DNA of 58,296 nt from Candidatus Eiseniibacteriota bacterium (GCA_030613615.1 JAUWLR010000001.1:1-58296), one strand, 5' to 3'. Positions 17,800 to 28,160 are shown, counted from the first letter of the stretch. Notes: generated from the letters alone by a model not told the origin. Numbers and translations are program-made.

Positions 17800-18822
17800 A
17801 TGCGATTCGCGTTTGTAGGTGACATCTATCTCGGCCCTGATGCGGAGCCCTGGCTCAATGCAGATATCCCGGACCTGCATCACTTGCTGGGAGTCGACGT
17901 TGTCGTCGGCAACTTCGAGTCGGTGATCGACGGTCCTTCCGTCGGCGATCCACACCCGGACAAGATACATCTTTCCACTCCTCGATCATCGCTTCCCAAG
18001 CTCAGGGACATGGGCATTGACTTCGTGAGCGTCGCGAACAATCACATCGGGGACTACGGTCCGGAGTCGGCGAGCCACACTATTGAGGTTCTTCGCGACG
18101 AGTTCGGCAGCGAGAGCGTGTTCGGATGGAGCGAGCGGCCCGTTGCTGAGCTGGCGACCGGCCTTCGAGTGGTCGGGGCGTGCTTCTCGGAGACCAATCC
18201 GCTGGTCACGGGCGACGCATCGCGCATATCTACAGCCGACGACTTGCACGATCTTCTTGCGAGAGAGACGAACTCATTCGGTCCGCTCATGGTCTACGCC
18301 CACTGGGGAGAGGAATACCTGTCGCTCACGGCTCCGGATCTTCGCAGCAGAGCGCGACAGCTCAGGGCGGCGGGAGTCGCACATGTTGTCGGCACGCACA
18401 GCCACGCCGTCGGCGCAGCAGAGAACATCGAGGGATCCAGCGTCATCTATGGTCTTGGGAACTTCCTGTTCCACGTTGTCCGCAAGGGGAACACCAGGAT
18501 GCTCAGACGAGAGAAGCGTGGCACCGTGGCCGTCTTCCGATGGGACGGCAGCACGGTTACGCTGGAGGAGTTCTGGAGGAGCGAGTTCGATGAGGATCTC
18601 AACCTCCGCCTCCGGAAGTTGGAACGGCGCTACCCCGGATCTCTGCTCTCGCAGCTGCATTTGAGGGCGCCGGCCCCGTTCGCGAGCTGGAGCTACGAGG
18701 CAGCTCTTGCCAGTCGATGGTTCAATCTGGGGCTGGCCAGGCTCATCGAGGGAGTGGAGCGGCCGAGTCTCAAGAAGGTGCACACCGCGCTGACGCAGCT
18801 CGGGCGGGGGCGGCCCCGTTGA
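17800..18822 (+). CDS. CapA/PgsA-family metallophosphatase-like protein (PGA_cap)
   Basis: 'FAFVGDIYLG','VVGNFESVI','FVSVANNHIGDYG','YAHWGEEY','VVGTHSHAV','YGLGNFLF'. Confidence 0.8.
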   Translation: MRFAFVGDIYLGPDAEPWLNADIPDLHHLLGVDVVVGNFESVIDGPSVGDPHPDKIHLSTPRSSLPKLRDMGIDFVSVANNHIGDYGPESASHTIEVLRDEFGSESVFGWSERPVAELATGLRVVGACFSETNPLVTGDASRISTADDLHDLLARETNSFGPLMVYAHWGEEYLSLTAPDLRSRARQLRAAGVAHVVGTHSHAVGAAENIEGSSVIYGLGNFLFHVVRKGNTRMLRREKRGTVAVFRWDGSTVTLEEFWRSEFDEDLNLRLRKLERRYPGSLLSQLHLRAPAPFASWSYEAALASRWFNLGLARLIEGVERPSLKKVHTALTQLGRGRPR

Positions 18823-18898
18823 GAGTGCTGGAAGAGGGCACGTTCTGCGAGAACGCCTGCCGCGATCTGAGAGTGGAGGCTCTGCTGGAGATGCTTGA

Positions 18899-20221
18899 AT
18901 GGAGGACGACGTGATACGCGGAGCCCTCAAGCGGTCGGCCCACCGTCTGGGGAGCCGGTGCGCCGCCCTAGCGGACGCGTGGCTGACGTCGACGGCCGTC
19001 CAGCACGAGTTCGAGTCGCTGCCTTGGTCTCTCAAGGTCGCCCTGAAGGGCTCTCTCATCGGGGTGGTCGCCAGTGTCGTCCTCCTGGGGTACATTACAG
19101 AGACCCAGCTTGCCTTCTACGCGCTCATCGGTGTGAGCCTCGTCGTCTACCTGCTGGCCCGGGGCGAGGAGCTGGTGGGGGCGCTTCTCGACTACCTGAC
19201 ATCGGGCAGGGTCCTCTGGCGATGGGCCTTTGTTGTGTGGGCGATTCTCTCGCTGCTGTGGACGACCAGGGGGCGCGTGAGTGTCGATCGAGCGATTACA
19301 TTGGTCGAAATACAGGCCGTCGGCCTCGTGTTCTACGACGCGGCAAAGAACCTGGGTCTCTCGAAGTGGATCCTGAACACCGTCTTCGCGTGCGTCGTGA
19401 TCGCGGCCGTCCAGGCCTTGGTGACTGAGGATCCGACCGTTGTCAAGAGGTTGGCGGGTCTCTACACGAGTCCTAATACGCTCGGAATGTTCTGCGTGAT
19501 AGGACTGGCGGTCTTCATCTCCATCGCTGCGAGAAGACGAAACGTGGCAGCGAGTATCGGTTTGTACGTCGCGGCCCTTGTTCTGCTTGTCGGGGTCGTG
19601 GCCTCCTCGTCGTTGAAGGGCCTGCTGGGATTGCTGCTCGTATGTAGCCTGGGCGCGGCTCTCGCTGCCAGCCGGGTTCGTGTGGCTACGTTCGTGGGTG
19701 TCGCCGCGGGCCTCGGAGCCGCACTGGTGGCCTTCGTGGAGCCGCTGAGGTTTATCTGGGAGCATGCGCTCTACAGGCTACAGATAGCGACGATCGGTAT
19801 GTCCGTCGGCGTCAACCAGAGCACCGTTGAGCGGGCCAGGTTCATCAAGAAGGGACTGAGCCTCATTGCGGAGGCTCCCATCTTCGGGAAGGGATTGGAC
19901 ACCTTCCGATGGCTTTCCGGTGAGGGGACCTACGCGCACAACAACCTCATCGAGATTGGGGTCGCACTCGGCCTTGTGGGCATTGTGCTCTACTATGGCT
20001 TCCACCTGTCCATTCTGAGAGCGGCCGCACGCCTGAGGCGAACTGATGACTTCGTGTGGCGGTTCATCGTGATCGCCGTGCCGACCCTGCTGCTTCTTGA
20101 CGTTGCCGTGGTCTCGTACGCCTCCAAGCTCTCTACCCTGCTTCTGATCATGAGTGCCGGGTGGCTCGAGCGGACCCGTGTCGTCGTCGGTCTCTCTGCC
20201 TCCAACGGGAGCGCGCAATGA
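18899..20221 (+). CDS. O-antigen polymerase/ligase family membrane protein (Wzy_C)
   Basis: Polytopic membrane protein. 'YAHNNLIEIGVALGLVGIVLYYGFH' is a typical Wzy_C motif. Confidence 0.75.
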   Translation: MEDDVIRGALKRSAHRLGSRCAALADAWLTSTAVQHEFESLPWSLKVALKGSLIGVVASVVLLGYITETQLAFYALIGVSLVVYLLARGEELVGALLDYLTSGRVLWRWAFVVWAILSLLWTTRGRVSVDRAITLVEIQAVGLVFYDAAKNLGLSKWILNTVFACVVIAAVQALVTEDPTVVKRLAGLYTSPNTLGMFCVIGLAVFISIAARRRNVAASIGLYVAALVLLVGVVASSSLKGLLGLLLVCSLGAALAASRVRVATFVGVAAGLGAALVAFVEPLRFIWEHALYRLQIATIGMSVGVNQSTVERARFIKKGLSLIAEAPIFGKGLDTFRWLSGEGTYAHNNLIEIGVALGLVGIVLYYGFHLSILRAAARLRRTDDFVWRFIVIAVPTLLLLDVAVVSYASKLSTLLLIMSAGWLERTRVVVGLSASNGSAQ

Positions 20222-21597
20222 TGGACGTGCGCCGGATCCTCGCTTCCCGCATCGTGGACCCTGTTCTCTGGAAGATCGTCAAGCGGTATCCGGTCTTCGA
20301 CCGGCTGTCGGAGTGGAGGCAGCGTCAGTGGGACACCGCTGCCGCTCTTGAGGCCCGGCAGGCGCGGGCACTGGGTGCCCTCCTCGGTCACGCGCTCGCG
20401 CGAGTGCCGTACTACGCGGAGAGGGTGCCAGGCCTCACGCCGGAGGGAGCCGCGGCCGCACCCGGCGACAGTCTCGCGAGGTTCCCCGTTCTCGAGAAGC
20501 GGGATCTGATCCTCCATGCGGACTCGCTCACCTGTGAGATGGACCGCGGGAGCTACTGGAATCTCACGGGTGGCTCGACCGGCGAACCCGTGCGATTCCG
20601 TCAGGATGTCGTCTATCAGACACACGCTCTTGCGACCACGATGCTTTTCTACGAGTGGGCCGGGGTGCCGCACGGAGCGAGCCACATCAAGTTGTGGGGT
20701 GCTCCACGCGATCTGGGAAGCGGAAGGGTCGCCCGGCGCAGACGGCTGGCGGACTGGTTGTTCAATAGGATAACTCTGGATGCCTTTGACATGTCGGAGC
20801 AGACCATGCGTCGATACGCGGAGACCATCGCCCGCTCTCGGCCGGCATGTCTCGAGGGTTACGCGGATGCGCTGTACGAGCTGGCCGTTCGCGTGGAGCG
20901 CCATGGTCTCCCGATGAGCGTGCCCGGTGCCATTGTCAGCAGTGCGGGGACTCTGCTGCCGCACATGCGGGAGAGAATCGAGAGCGCCTTCGGCACTGAG
21001 GTTTTCGATCGGTATGGGACCAGGGAGGTCGGCAACGTCGCCGCCGAGTGTGACAGGCACGAGGGTCTTCACGTTCTTGGGGAGACCACGATAGTCGAGG
21101 TCGTGGATGAGGATGGCCGGGCGGTGAGTGAAGGGGAAGAAGGGGAAATTCTCGTGACGAATCTCCACAACTACACGATGCCCCTCATTCGGTATCGCAT
21201 AGGCGACAGAGCAGTGCGCGGCGCAGACCGATGTAGCTGCGGGCGACCGTATCCTCTTCTCGAGCGGGTGGTGGGACGGTCCGAGTCGTGCGTCCGCCGA
21301 CGGGACGGCGGGGTTGTCCTTTCCGAGTTCTTTATCCACGTCATCGGCGTGGAGTACAATGATGGTTCGATCGGGAGGTTTCAGGTAGTGCAGGAAGCCC
21401 TCGATCGCATAACCGTGGTCATCGTCCCGTCCGAAGGAGCAGGCGAGAGAGCGCTGGCACGCGAGGACGAGATCCGCGCGCGGATCCAGCAGATGGTAGG
21501 CGACTGCGAGATCAGTTTCGTCTTGGCGGACCACATAGACCCGACACCGACTGGCAAGCACATGTACGTTGTGAACAAGATGGAGGAGCGCGAATGA
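20218..21597 (+). CDS. Adenylate-forming enzyme, phenylacetate-CoA ligase / F390 synthetase / CapK family (copy 1)
   Basis: 'NLTGGSTGEPVRF' P-loop-like AMP motif, 'FDRYGTREVG', 'PLIRYRIGDRA...CSCGRPYPLLERVVGR'. ATGA overlap with the previous gene. Confidence 0.8.
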   Translation: MMDVRRILASRIVDPVLWKIVKRYPVFDRLSEWRQRQWDTAAALEARQARALGALLGHALARVPYYAERVPGLTPEGAAAAPGDSLARFPVLEKRDLILHADSLTCEMDRGSYWNLTGGSTGEPVRFRQDVVYQTHALATTMLFYEWAGVPHGASHIKLWGAPRDLGSGRVARRRRLADWLFNRITLDAFDMSEQTMRRYAETIARSRPACLEGYADALYELAVRVERHGLPMSVPGAIVSSAGTLLPHMRERIESAFGTEVFDRYGTREVGNVAAECDRHEGLHVLGETTIVEVVDEDGRAVSEGEEGEILVTNLHNYTMPLIRYRIGDRAVRGADRCSCGRPYPLLERVVGRSESCVRRRDGGVVLSEFFIHVIGVEYNDGSIGRFQVVQEALDRITVVIVPSEGAGERALAREDEIRARIQQMVGDCEISFVLADHIDPTPTGKHMYVVNKMEERE

Positions 21598-22760
21598 CGC
21601 CGCTTCGCGTGCTCTACCTCATAGACTCGCTGGGCCCGGGCGGAGCTCAGAAGCAGCTCGTGACACTCGTGCGGTCGCTGGACCGGACGCTGGTTGCGCC
21701 CGAGGTCGCGATCTATCACGAGCTGTCTCACTTTCGCCCTGAACTTGAGGCGGCCGGGACGCCGGTTCATTATCTGAGCGGCTCGGGGGGTCGCGACCCG
21801 CGCGTTCTCATCGGTCTCGCGCGGCTCCTGGCGCGAGAGCGCTACGATATCGTGCACAGCTACCTCAGCACGCCCGGTACGCTGGTGCGTCTCGCGGCGC
21901 CTTTCTCCAGAGGGACCAGGGTCGTGGTCTCCCAGCGCAACGTGGACCTCGGGCGCTCGCGGGTGCGGCTCGCCCTCGAGCGGCTGCTCTGCCGGCGGGC
22001 GGACGCGATGATCGCCAACGCGGACGCCGTCGCGCGCGAGGTTGAGCAGCTGGTGCCCGCCTGGTCGGGACGCGTGCACGTCGTTCCGAACGGCGTGGAT
22101 TGGAGTGAGCCGACGGAGGCCGAACGCGCCTCGGGCAGCGAGTTCCGCGCACGGCATCTCGGTGACGCCGAGATCCTGCTCGGTGTCGTAGGCAGGGTGG
22201 AGCACCAGAAAGCGCCCCACCTTCTTGTGGATGCGCTGGAGCTGATCCCGGATCCGCTGCTGCGCAGACTGAGGGTCGTGTGGGTCGGCCCGCGCATCGA
22301 CGCCGAACTCGCGAACTCCGTGGAATCGAGGCTGGCTGGCTCCGCTCTCGACGGGCGTGTCGGGTTCATTGGGGAGACGAGAGACACGCGTGGAATCTAC
22401 CTCGGCGTCGACGGTGTCCTCCTGTGCTCGCGCTGGGAAGGGCTTCCCAACGTCGTACTGGAGGCGCTCGCTCACGGTTGTCCGGTCATAGCGACCGATG
22501 TGGGGGACACGGGGAAACTCCTTCGCGATGGATCGTGGGGATGGCTCGTGCCGCCCGATGACGCGCGGTCGCTCGCGGAAGCGCTGACCAAGCTCGTGGT
22601 CACTCCGCGTGAGGAGCTAGTTGCGATGGGTCGGCGGGGCGCTGAGTTCGTGCTGGAGAACTACTCCACATCCAGGCTCGCCGACAGGACGATTGAAGTG
22701 TACCGAGCTGTGATGGGACGGGACTGGCCGCAGGCGGGTGGTGAGCGTTCACGCGGCTGA
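21594..22760 (+). CDS. Glycosyltransferase family 4 (GT-B, Glycos_transf_1)
   Basis: 'LRVLYLIDSLGPGGAQK' and 'SRWEGLPNVVLEALAHGCPVIATDVGD'. ATGA overlap upstream. Confidence 0.85.
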   Translation: MTPLRVLYLIDSLGPGGAQKQLVTLVRSLDRTLVAPEVAIYHELSHFRPELEAAGTPVHYLSGSGGRDPRVLIGLARLLARERYDIVHSYLSTPGTLVRLAAPFSRGTRVVVSQRNVDLGRSRVRLALERLLCRRADAMIANADAVAREVEQLVPAWSGRVHVVPNGVDWSEPTEAERASGSEFRARHLGDAEILLGVVGRVEHQKAPHLLVDALELIPDPLLRRLRVVWVGPRIDAELANSVESRLAGSALDGRVGFIGETRDTRGIYLGVDGVLLCSRWEGLPNVVLEALAHGCPVIATDVGDTGKLLRDGSWGWLVPPDDARSLAEALTKLVVTPREELVAMGRRGAEFVLENYSTSRLADRTIEVYRAVMGRDWPQAGGERSRG

Positions 22761-22775
22761 CGAGTGGGGTCGAGC

Positions 22776-23849
22776 ATGGCAGATGATCGGAAAGAGACAC
22801 TGAACCTGCTCGCCGTCGGACCGCTTCCACCGCCTCTGGGCGGTACGACCGTGCTCTTCGAGCGGCTGGTCGGGCGCCTGCGAGAGCGCGAGGGCGTGTC
22901 GGTGGAGGTCATCGACACGGGGCGGGTCCGTGGCCGTGGGCTCGCGGGCGTCACCCGGTTCTTCCGGCTCATCGTCGACGTCGTCCGGCAGGCGCGCGGT
23001 CAGGACGTTGTGACCCTGCACGTCTCGACGAGCGGCCTCCACGTGATCGGGCCCCCGGTCGCGCTCGCGGCGCGGCTTCGCTCGACCGCACTGATCGTCC
23101 GGAAGTTCGGCGGCACCGATTTCTTCGAGTATCCTCCGCTGCGACGCTGTCTCATCCTCTGGACTTTGCGGAGGGCGGACCTGTACCTTGCCGAGACGAG
23201 AGACCTCGTGGAGCGGGCGCGGTCGGCGGGGCTTACGAACGCCGCGTGGTACGCGAACAGCCGTCCAATGCCCGAGCTTCCCGCGGAGCCGGTGTCCGAA
23301 CTTCCAGATGAGCCACGGCGCGGCTGCAGGCGCTTCGTCTTCCTCGGTCAGGTCCACGGGGGCAAGGGAGTTCGCGAACTCGTGGAGGCAGGCGAGCGTC
23401 TTCCCGAGGGCGTCACGGTCGACATCTACGGACCGTTGGGCTTCGACGTTCAGGAGTCCGAACTCACCGGCCGGGAGCGCGTGACGTATCGTGGTCCTGT
23501 CGACTCCGACGACGTGCACGGCGTGCTTTCGAAGTACGACGCTCTTGTGCTTCCAAGCTACCATCACGGTGAAGGGTACCCCGGTGTCATCCTCGAGGCC
23601 TACGCCGCCGGGCTCCCGGTTGTGTCGACTCGATGGAGGGCGATACCGGAGCTCGTCGACGACGGTGTCACCGGCCTGCTCGTGGAGCCCCGCGATTCGG
23701 GCGCTCTTCGTGGCGCCATGCTGTCTCTGGTGGAGGACGAGGAGCTCTACGCGCGGCTGTGCGAGGGCGTGCGCGCACGGCGCCATGAGTTCTCGGATGA
23801 AATCTGGTCGCAGAGGTTCGTCGATTACTGCCGTGGTCTCAAGGAGTAG
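22776..23849 (+). CDS. Glycosyltransferase family 4 (GT-B)
   Basis: 'LNLLAVGPLPPPLGGTT' and 'PSYHHGEGYPGVILEAYAAGLPVVSTRW'. GTG 22764 is an alternative start. Confidence 0.8.
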   Translation: MADDRKETLNLLAVGPLPPPLGGTTVLFERLVGRLREREGVSVEVIDTGRVRGRGLAGVTRFFRLIVDVVRQARGQDVVTLHVSTSGLHVIGPPVALAARLRSTALIVRKFGGTDFFEYPPLRRCLILWTLRRADLYLAETRDLVERARSAGLTNAAWYANSRPMPELPAEPVSELPDEPRRGCRRFVFLGQVHGGKGVRELVEAGERLPEGVTVDIYGPLGFDVQESELTGRERVTYRGPVDSDDVHGVLSKYDALVLPSYHHGEGYPGVILEAYAAGLPVVSTRWRAIPELVDDGVTGLLVEPRDSGALRGAMLSLVEDEELYARLCEGVRARRHEFSDEIWSQRFVDYCRGLKE

Positions 23850-23851
23850 CG

Positions 23852-25231
23852 ATGTCGTTTCCCGTCAAGCGTCGGATCTACGAGGCTCTACCCTCAGGGC
23901 TCACGCGAGTCGTCAACTTCATCCCGTTCTCGTGGATCGCCGGGCGCGCCTACCGCGAGGTGATGGCGCGGCACGACAAGTTCAGAAAGACCTCCCGCGA
24001 AGAGGTCCTTGCCTACCAGGAGGCAGAACTCGGGCGGACGCTCGAGTTCGTCACCGAGCAGGTCCCGGCGTACCGGTCTCTTCGCTCGACCGTCGAGCGC
24101 CTGAAGCCGTTCGATGCACTCAGGGACTTCCCTCTGGTCGATAAGGCCGTGCTTCAGGACGACATGCGCAACTACCTGCCGCGCGACCTCGAGAGGATCC
24201 CGCACTACGAGATCACGACCGGGGGAACGAGCGGCAACCAGCTCCATCTCCTCGTGGACGATGCGTCGCAATCGGTCGAGACCGCGTTCGTCCATCGCGT
24301 CTGGAGTCGCGTCGGGTACACGCCGCGCTGCCGCAAGGCCACGTTCCGCGGCGTCCCGTTCCCGAACCTGAGGCCCGGTATCTACTGGCAGCCGAACCCC
24401 ATCTACAACGAGCTCCAGTTCTCGCCGTTCCACATGAGCGAGAGTACGCTCAAGCTCTACGTCGACGAACTGGTCCGCTACGATCCCGGCTACTTCCAGG
24501 GGTATCCCTCCGCCATAGACCTGCTCGCGGAGTACGTTCTGCGGAACGACCTCACGCGTCTGTTCGAGCGAGTGCGCGCCGTGCTGCTTTCATCGGAAGG
24601 GTGTTCGACCGCGCAGACGGAGCGGATAGGGCAGGCCTTCGATGCGCGCGTCTTCCCGACATACGGCCACAGCGAGCGGCTCATCATCTCCGGCCCGTGC
24701 GAGGTGAGCGACATCCAGCACCACACGCCCGACTACGGCGTCGTGGAGATCGTCGGTGAGGACGACTCGCCGTGTGCGAGCCCCGGCGAGCGAGGCGAAC
24801 TCGTCGGCACCGGGCTTCTGAACAGGTCGCTGCCCCTGGTGCGCTATCGCACGGGTGACTTCGCGACCTTGGCCGAGTCCGACTGTGAGTGCGGCAGGCA
24901 CTGGGACCGCTTCACCGACATCGAGGGCAGATGGAAGCAGGACATGCTGGACGGCAGGTCGGGTTCGCGCATGTCGATCGCGGCGCTCAACATGCACGGT
25001 GAGATCTTCGAGCACGTCGCGCGCTACCAGTACTACCAGGACGAACCTGGCCGCTGTGTCCTCAGAGTTATGACGACTCCGGGTTTCTCCGAGGCCGACG
25101 AGGCCGCCATTCTGGAGGCCTACCACGCGAAGGTAGGGGACGAGCTGGACATGTCCGTCGAGGTGGTCGACGACATCCCGCTCACAGAGCGCGGGAAGCT
25201 CAAGCTGCTGGAAAGGGGCCCCGGGGTATGA
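23852..25231 (+). CDS. Adenylate-forming enzyme, PaaK/F390-synthetase/CapK family (copy 2)
   Basis: 'ITTGGTSGNQLHL', 'FPTYGHSERL', 'PLVRYRTGDFA...CECGRHWDRFTDIEGR'. Same length (459 aa) as copy 1 but divergent. Confidence 0.8.
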   Translation: MSFPVKRRIYEALPSGLTRVVNFIPFSWIAGRAYREVMARHDKFRKTSREEVLAYQEAELGRTLEFVTEQVPAYRSLRSTVERLKPFDALRDFPLVDKAVLQDDMRNYLPRDLERIPHYEITTGGTSGNQLHLLVDDASQSVETAFVHRVWSRVGYTPRCRKATFRGVPFPNLRPGIYWQPNPIYNELQFSPFHMSESTLKLYVDELVRYDPGYFQGYPSAIDLLAEYVLRNDLTRLFERVRAVLLSSEGCSTAQTERIGQAFDARVFPTYGHSERLIISGPCEVSDIQHHTPDYGVVEIVGEDDSPCASPGERGELVGTGLLNRSLPLVRYRTGDFATLAESDCECGRHWDRFTDIEGRWKQDMLDGRSGSRMSIAALNMHGEIFEHVARYQYYQDEPGRCVLRVMTTPGFSEADEAAILEAYHAKVGDELDMSVEVVDDIPLTERGKLKLLERGPGV

Positions 25232-26970
25232 GTGCTGTCGGGTGCTACTTCCGAACAGTGGTGCATCTCCGCCCGCGCCAGGTATGGACGCGCGTGGCGC
25301 GGCGCGTGGTGAAGCCGCGCCCGAGCTCGGAGCCGGCCCCGGCCCGACGCGCCCCCTCGGCCTCTCTGGTGCGACCGATTGCCTGCGAGGACGGCTGGCT
25401 CACTCCAACCCGCGTTCGTCTGCTCAACATCGACCGCGAGTTCGCCGGCGGCATGGACTGGCGGCCGTCCGACGTGCCGCGGCTCTGGACCTACACGCTC
25501 AACTACTTCGCGGACCTGCCGCAGTGCGCGGCGGGCGGCGACGATCACCCCGGCGGTGACAAGCACTCCGGCGGCCAGGTCGGACGTCTCAGCGCCGGGC
25601 AGGCCGCAAGTCTCGTCGACTTCTGGATCGATGCAAACCCGCCGGGCACGCCGGACACGTGGGACCCATATCCCATCTCCATCCGCGTGGTCAACTGGAT
25701 CAAATGGATGCTGCTGCTCGAGAACGACGGGGCCGGCTCGCTCGCTGGCGCACCGGGCCCCGGCTTGCCTGGCGACCGGATCCTCGACAGCTTGGCCTCG
25801 CAACTCCGCTTCCTTGAGCGCCGCGTCGAGTTCGACATCGCCGCCAATCATGTGATGGCCAACGCCGCGGCGCTGACCATCGGTGGCCTCTTCTTCGGAG
25901 GGCGGGAGGGCGACCGCTGGGCGAACAGGGGAGTAGCACTTCTCTTCCGCGAGCTTCAGGAGCAGGTGCGCGACGACGGCGGGCATTACGAGCGAACTCC
26001 TACGTACCACGCGGTCGTGCTGGAGCAGCTTCTGGACGTGCTGAATCTGTGGGACGTCTTCCCCGAGGGAGTCCCCCGCGAGTGGCGTGATGCGCGTCCT
26101 CGACTGGAGGGCAAGGCCCTCGCGATGCTGGAATGGCTCGATGCGATGACCCACCCGGACGGGGGCCCCGTCTTCTTCAACGACACGACGTTCGGGACCG
26201 CCGCCACGCGTGATGATCTCTTTGACTACGTCGAGAGACTGGGGCTCGTTTCAGAGCGGAGGGAGTTCAAGGGCGTTCACCGGCTCAGGGACACCGGCTT
26301 CTTCCGCCTCTCGTCGGCGGACGGCCGCACCGTTGCCGTCTTTGACGCGGGCGCGCCACAGCCACGGTACCAGCCCGGGCACGCTCACAGCGAGTCGCTC
26401 AGCTTCGAGCTGTCTCGCGATGGCCGGAGGCTCTTCGTCAACTCCGGGGTGTCGACCTACGAACCCGGACCCGAGCGCATGTGGCAGCGCCAGACCGCCG
26501 CGCACAACACGGTGCGCATCGACGAGGAAGAGCAGAGCGAACTGTGGGCGTCGCACCGCTGCGGCCGGCGCGCACGCGTGTCACAGGCGGGCGAACGCGA
26601 TGGTTGGGCGTACGCGGAGCACACGGGCTACCGGTTCCTTCCGGGCAGGCCGCGTCACCATCGCAAGATGCGTGTGACTGACGGGAGCGTTGAGATCGTC
26701 GACAACATCGAGGGTGTTGGCGAACACCTGCTGGAGTGGTTCTTCCACATCCACCCGGATGTGACCGCGCGCGTCCGCGACCGAATCGTGGAGCTCTTCC
26801 TCGACGGGCGTGCCGTGGCCACTGTGACCTTTCCCTCCGGGGCCGCCGCGGCCATCGTGGACGGCAGCTGGCACCCGGGGTTCAACATCTCCGTTCACAA
26901 CACGTTCGTGCACGTGGTGCTGCTGGTGAGCCTTCCCTTCGAGTTCCACACGACCATCGACTGGGTCTGA
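25228..26970 (+). CDS. Heparinase II/III-like (alginate-lyase-fold) protein
   Basis: 'DTWDPYPISIRVVNWIKW' (N-terminal toroid) and 'QPGHAHSESLSFEL...AAHNTVRIDEEEQSE' (Hepar_II_III C-domain). ATGA overlap upstream. Confidence 0.8.
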   Translation: MSAVGCYFRTVVHLRPRQVWTRVARRVVKPRPSSEPAPARRAPSASLVRPIACEDGWLTPTRVRLLNIDREFAGGMDWRPSDVPRLWTYTLNYFADLPQCAAGGDDHPGGDKHSGGQVGRLSAGQAASLVDFWIDANPPGTPDTWDPYPISIRVVNWIKWMLLLENDGAGSLAGAPGPGLPGDRILDSLASQLRFLERRVEFDIAANHVMANAAALTIGGLFFGGREGDRWANRGVALLFRELQEQVRDDGGHYERTPTYHAVVLEQLLDVLNLWDVFPEGVPREWRDARPRLEGKALAMLEWLDAMTHPDGGPVFFNDTTFGTAATRDDLFDYVERLGLVSERREFKGVHRLRDTGFFRLSSADGRTVAVFDAGAPQPRYQPGHAHSESLSFELSRDGRRLFVNSGVSTYEPGPERMWQRQTAAHNTVRIDEEEQSELWASHRCGRRARVSQAGERDGWAYAEHTGYRFLPGRPRHHRKMRVTDGSVEIVDNIEGVGEHLLEWFFHIHPDVTARVRDRIVELFLDGRAVATVTFPSGAAAAIVDGSWHPGFNISVHNTFVHVVLLVSLPFEFHTTIDWV

Positions 26971-26979
26971 GTCGCGCGG

Positions 26980-28020
26980 CTACGGTGTCATGAGTCCGAG
27001 CGTCTCTGCTAGGGCGGTCAGGCCGAAGGATATCCCCAGAGCCATCAGCGGCGCGACGATCCAAACGACCAGCAGCTTGCGGACGGACGTCCGCGACGCC
27101 ACGAACCGCCACCCTTCCTTTGTCACGCCCAGTGCCATAATCGCGGCGGTGTTCATCTGGACAAGCGACGTCGGGATGCCTCGGGACACCGATGCGACCA
27201 GAAGGAGCGTCGCGGTTACGACAGCTACGAGCACGGCTCCGAGCGGACCGAACTCGACGATCTCACGGCCCGTCGTCTCGAGCACCCTTCCGCCCATGAG
27301 CGAGCTGCCTATCGCGAAGCAGGGGGCAATGAGAAGCGTGGCGAAGATCATGATCAAGAGAGCCGTCGCCTCTGAGGGTGTGCCGATAGTCTTCAAGGCC
27401 ATGGCGATGATCGGCCCCGCCGCGTTCGCGACGTTGTTCGAGCCAATGGCGAACGCCACGTAGCACGACGCCGCGAGGACAGCGATCTTGATAGACGGGT
27501 GGCCGGCAATGCGTGAGAGCCCGTTCGTCAGTCGTTTGTTGAGTGGAGTGTAGAGGAACTTCCCTATCGCGAGCGTCAGGAAGAACGACACGACCGGTAG
27601 CAGAAGCCACGTGGGAATGACCTCGAACAGAAGCCTGTGAGCCTTCAGGACGTCGTAGTAGACTGCCGGTCCCACGAGGGCGGCGATGGTCGCCTGGCTC
27701 GTCGACTGCGGGACCCTCAACAGATTGGCCATCAGCAGGGACAGCGCCACCGACACGAGGACGATGGTTGTCAGTGTCAGTCCCATGACATCCTCGGGGA
27801 GGATGCCCCGGCTGATCGTCATGGCAACCTTCTTGCCCGCGATGAGAGCGCCGGCGAGGACGAAGATGCCGAACACGCCGGCGATCCGTTCGCGACGGAT
27901 AAGCCCGGCCCCGTAGGCGGCGGAGAACGAAGGAGCGGTTCCGCTTGCGCCCATGTTGATGGCCAGGAACATCGCGGCCAGGAATGGGATCAGTAAGATG
28001 GAGAACATCGGTGAGAACAT
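26980..28020 (-). CDS. Inorganic phosphate transporter, PiT (PHO4) family
   Basis: Duplicated PHO4 signatures 'NMGASGTAPSFSAAYGA' and 'AIGSNNVANAAGP'. Polytopic. GGAGGA precedes the ATG. Confidence 0.9.
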   Translation of the reverse strand: MFSPMFSILLIPFLAAMFLAINMGASGTAPSFSAAYGAGLIRRERIAGVFGIFVLAGALIAGKKVAMTISRGILPEDVMGLTLTTIVLVSVALSLLMANLLRVPQSTSQATIAALVGPAVYYDVLKAHRLLFEVIPTWLLLPVVSFFLTLAIGKFLYTPLNKRLTNGLSRIAGHPSIKIAVLAASCYVAFAIGSNNVANAAGPIIAMALKTIGTPSEATALLIMIFATLLIAPCFAIGSSLMGGRVLETTGREIVEFGPLGAVLVAVVTATLLLVASVSRGIPTSLVQMNTAAIMALGVTKEGWRFVASRTSVRKLLVVWIVAPLMALGISFGLTALAETLGLMTP

Positions 28021-28070
28021 GGCTTCCTCCTCACTGAGACCGCATGCATAAAGCTCGCCTTAACACTCTA

Positions 28071-28099
28071 ATAATACTCTAATGAGAGCCTGCGGTCAA
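28071..28099 (-). promoter_or_regulatory. Sigma70-like promoter for the PiT gene
   Basis: On the minus strand: TTGACC - 17 nt - TATTAT, about 45 nt upstream of the ATG, in an AT-rich island. Confidence 0.5.
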
Positions 28100-28131
28100 T
28101 AGGAGACCCCTCAGGGGGACTGCGAATGCGG

Positions 28132-28160
28132 TTGCCAAGGTAGCGGACACCTGCTAGAAA
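28132..28160 (+). promoter_or_regulatory. Putative divergent promoter for wecB-degT...
   Basis: TTGCCA - 17 nt - TGc-TAGAAA. Confidence 0.4.

Noticed and set aside
17800-18822. CapA as evidence for poly-gamma-glutamate capsule synthesis
   Set aside because: No CapB/PgsB ligase or CapC/PgsC partner is present. The gene is embedded in a Wzx/Wzy sugar-polymer locus, so it is better treated as a generic PGA_cap-family metallophosphatase-like accessory protein.
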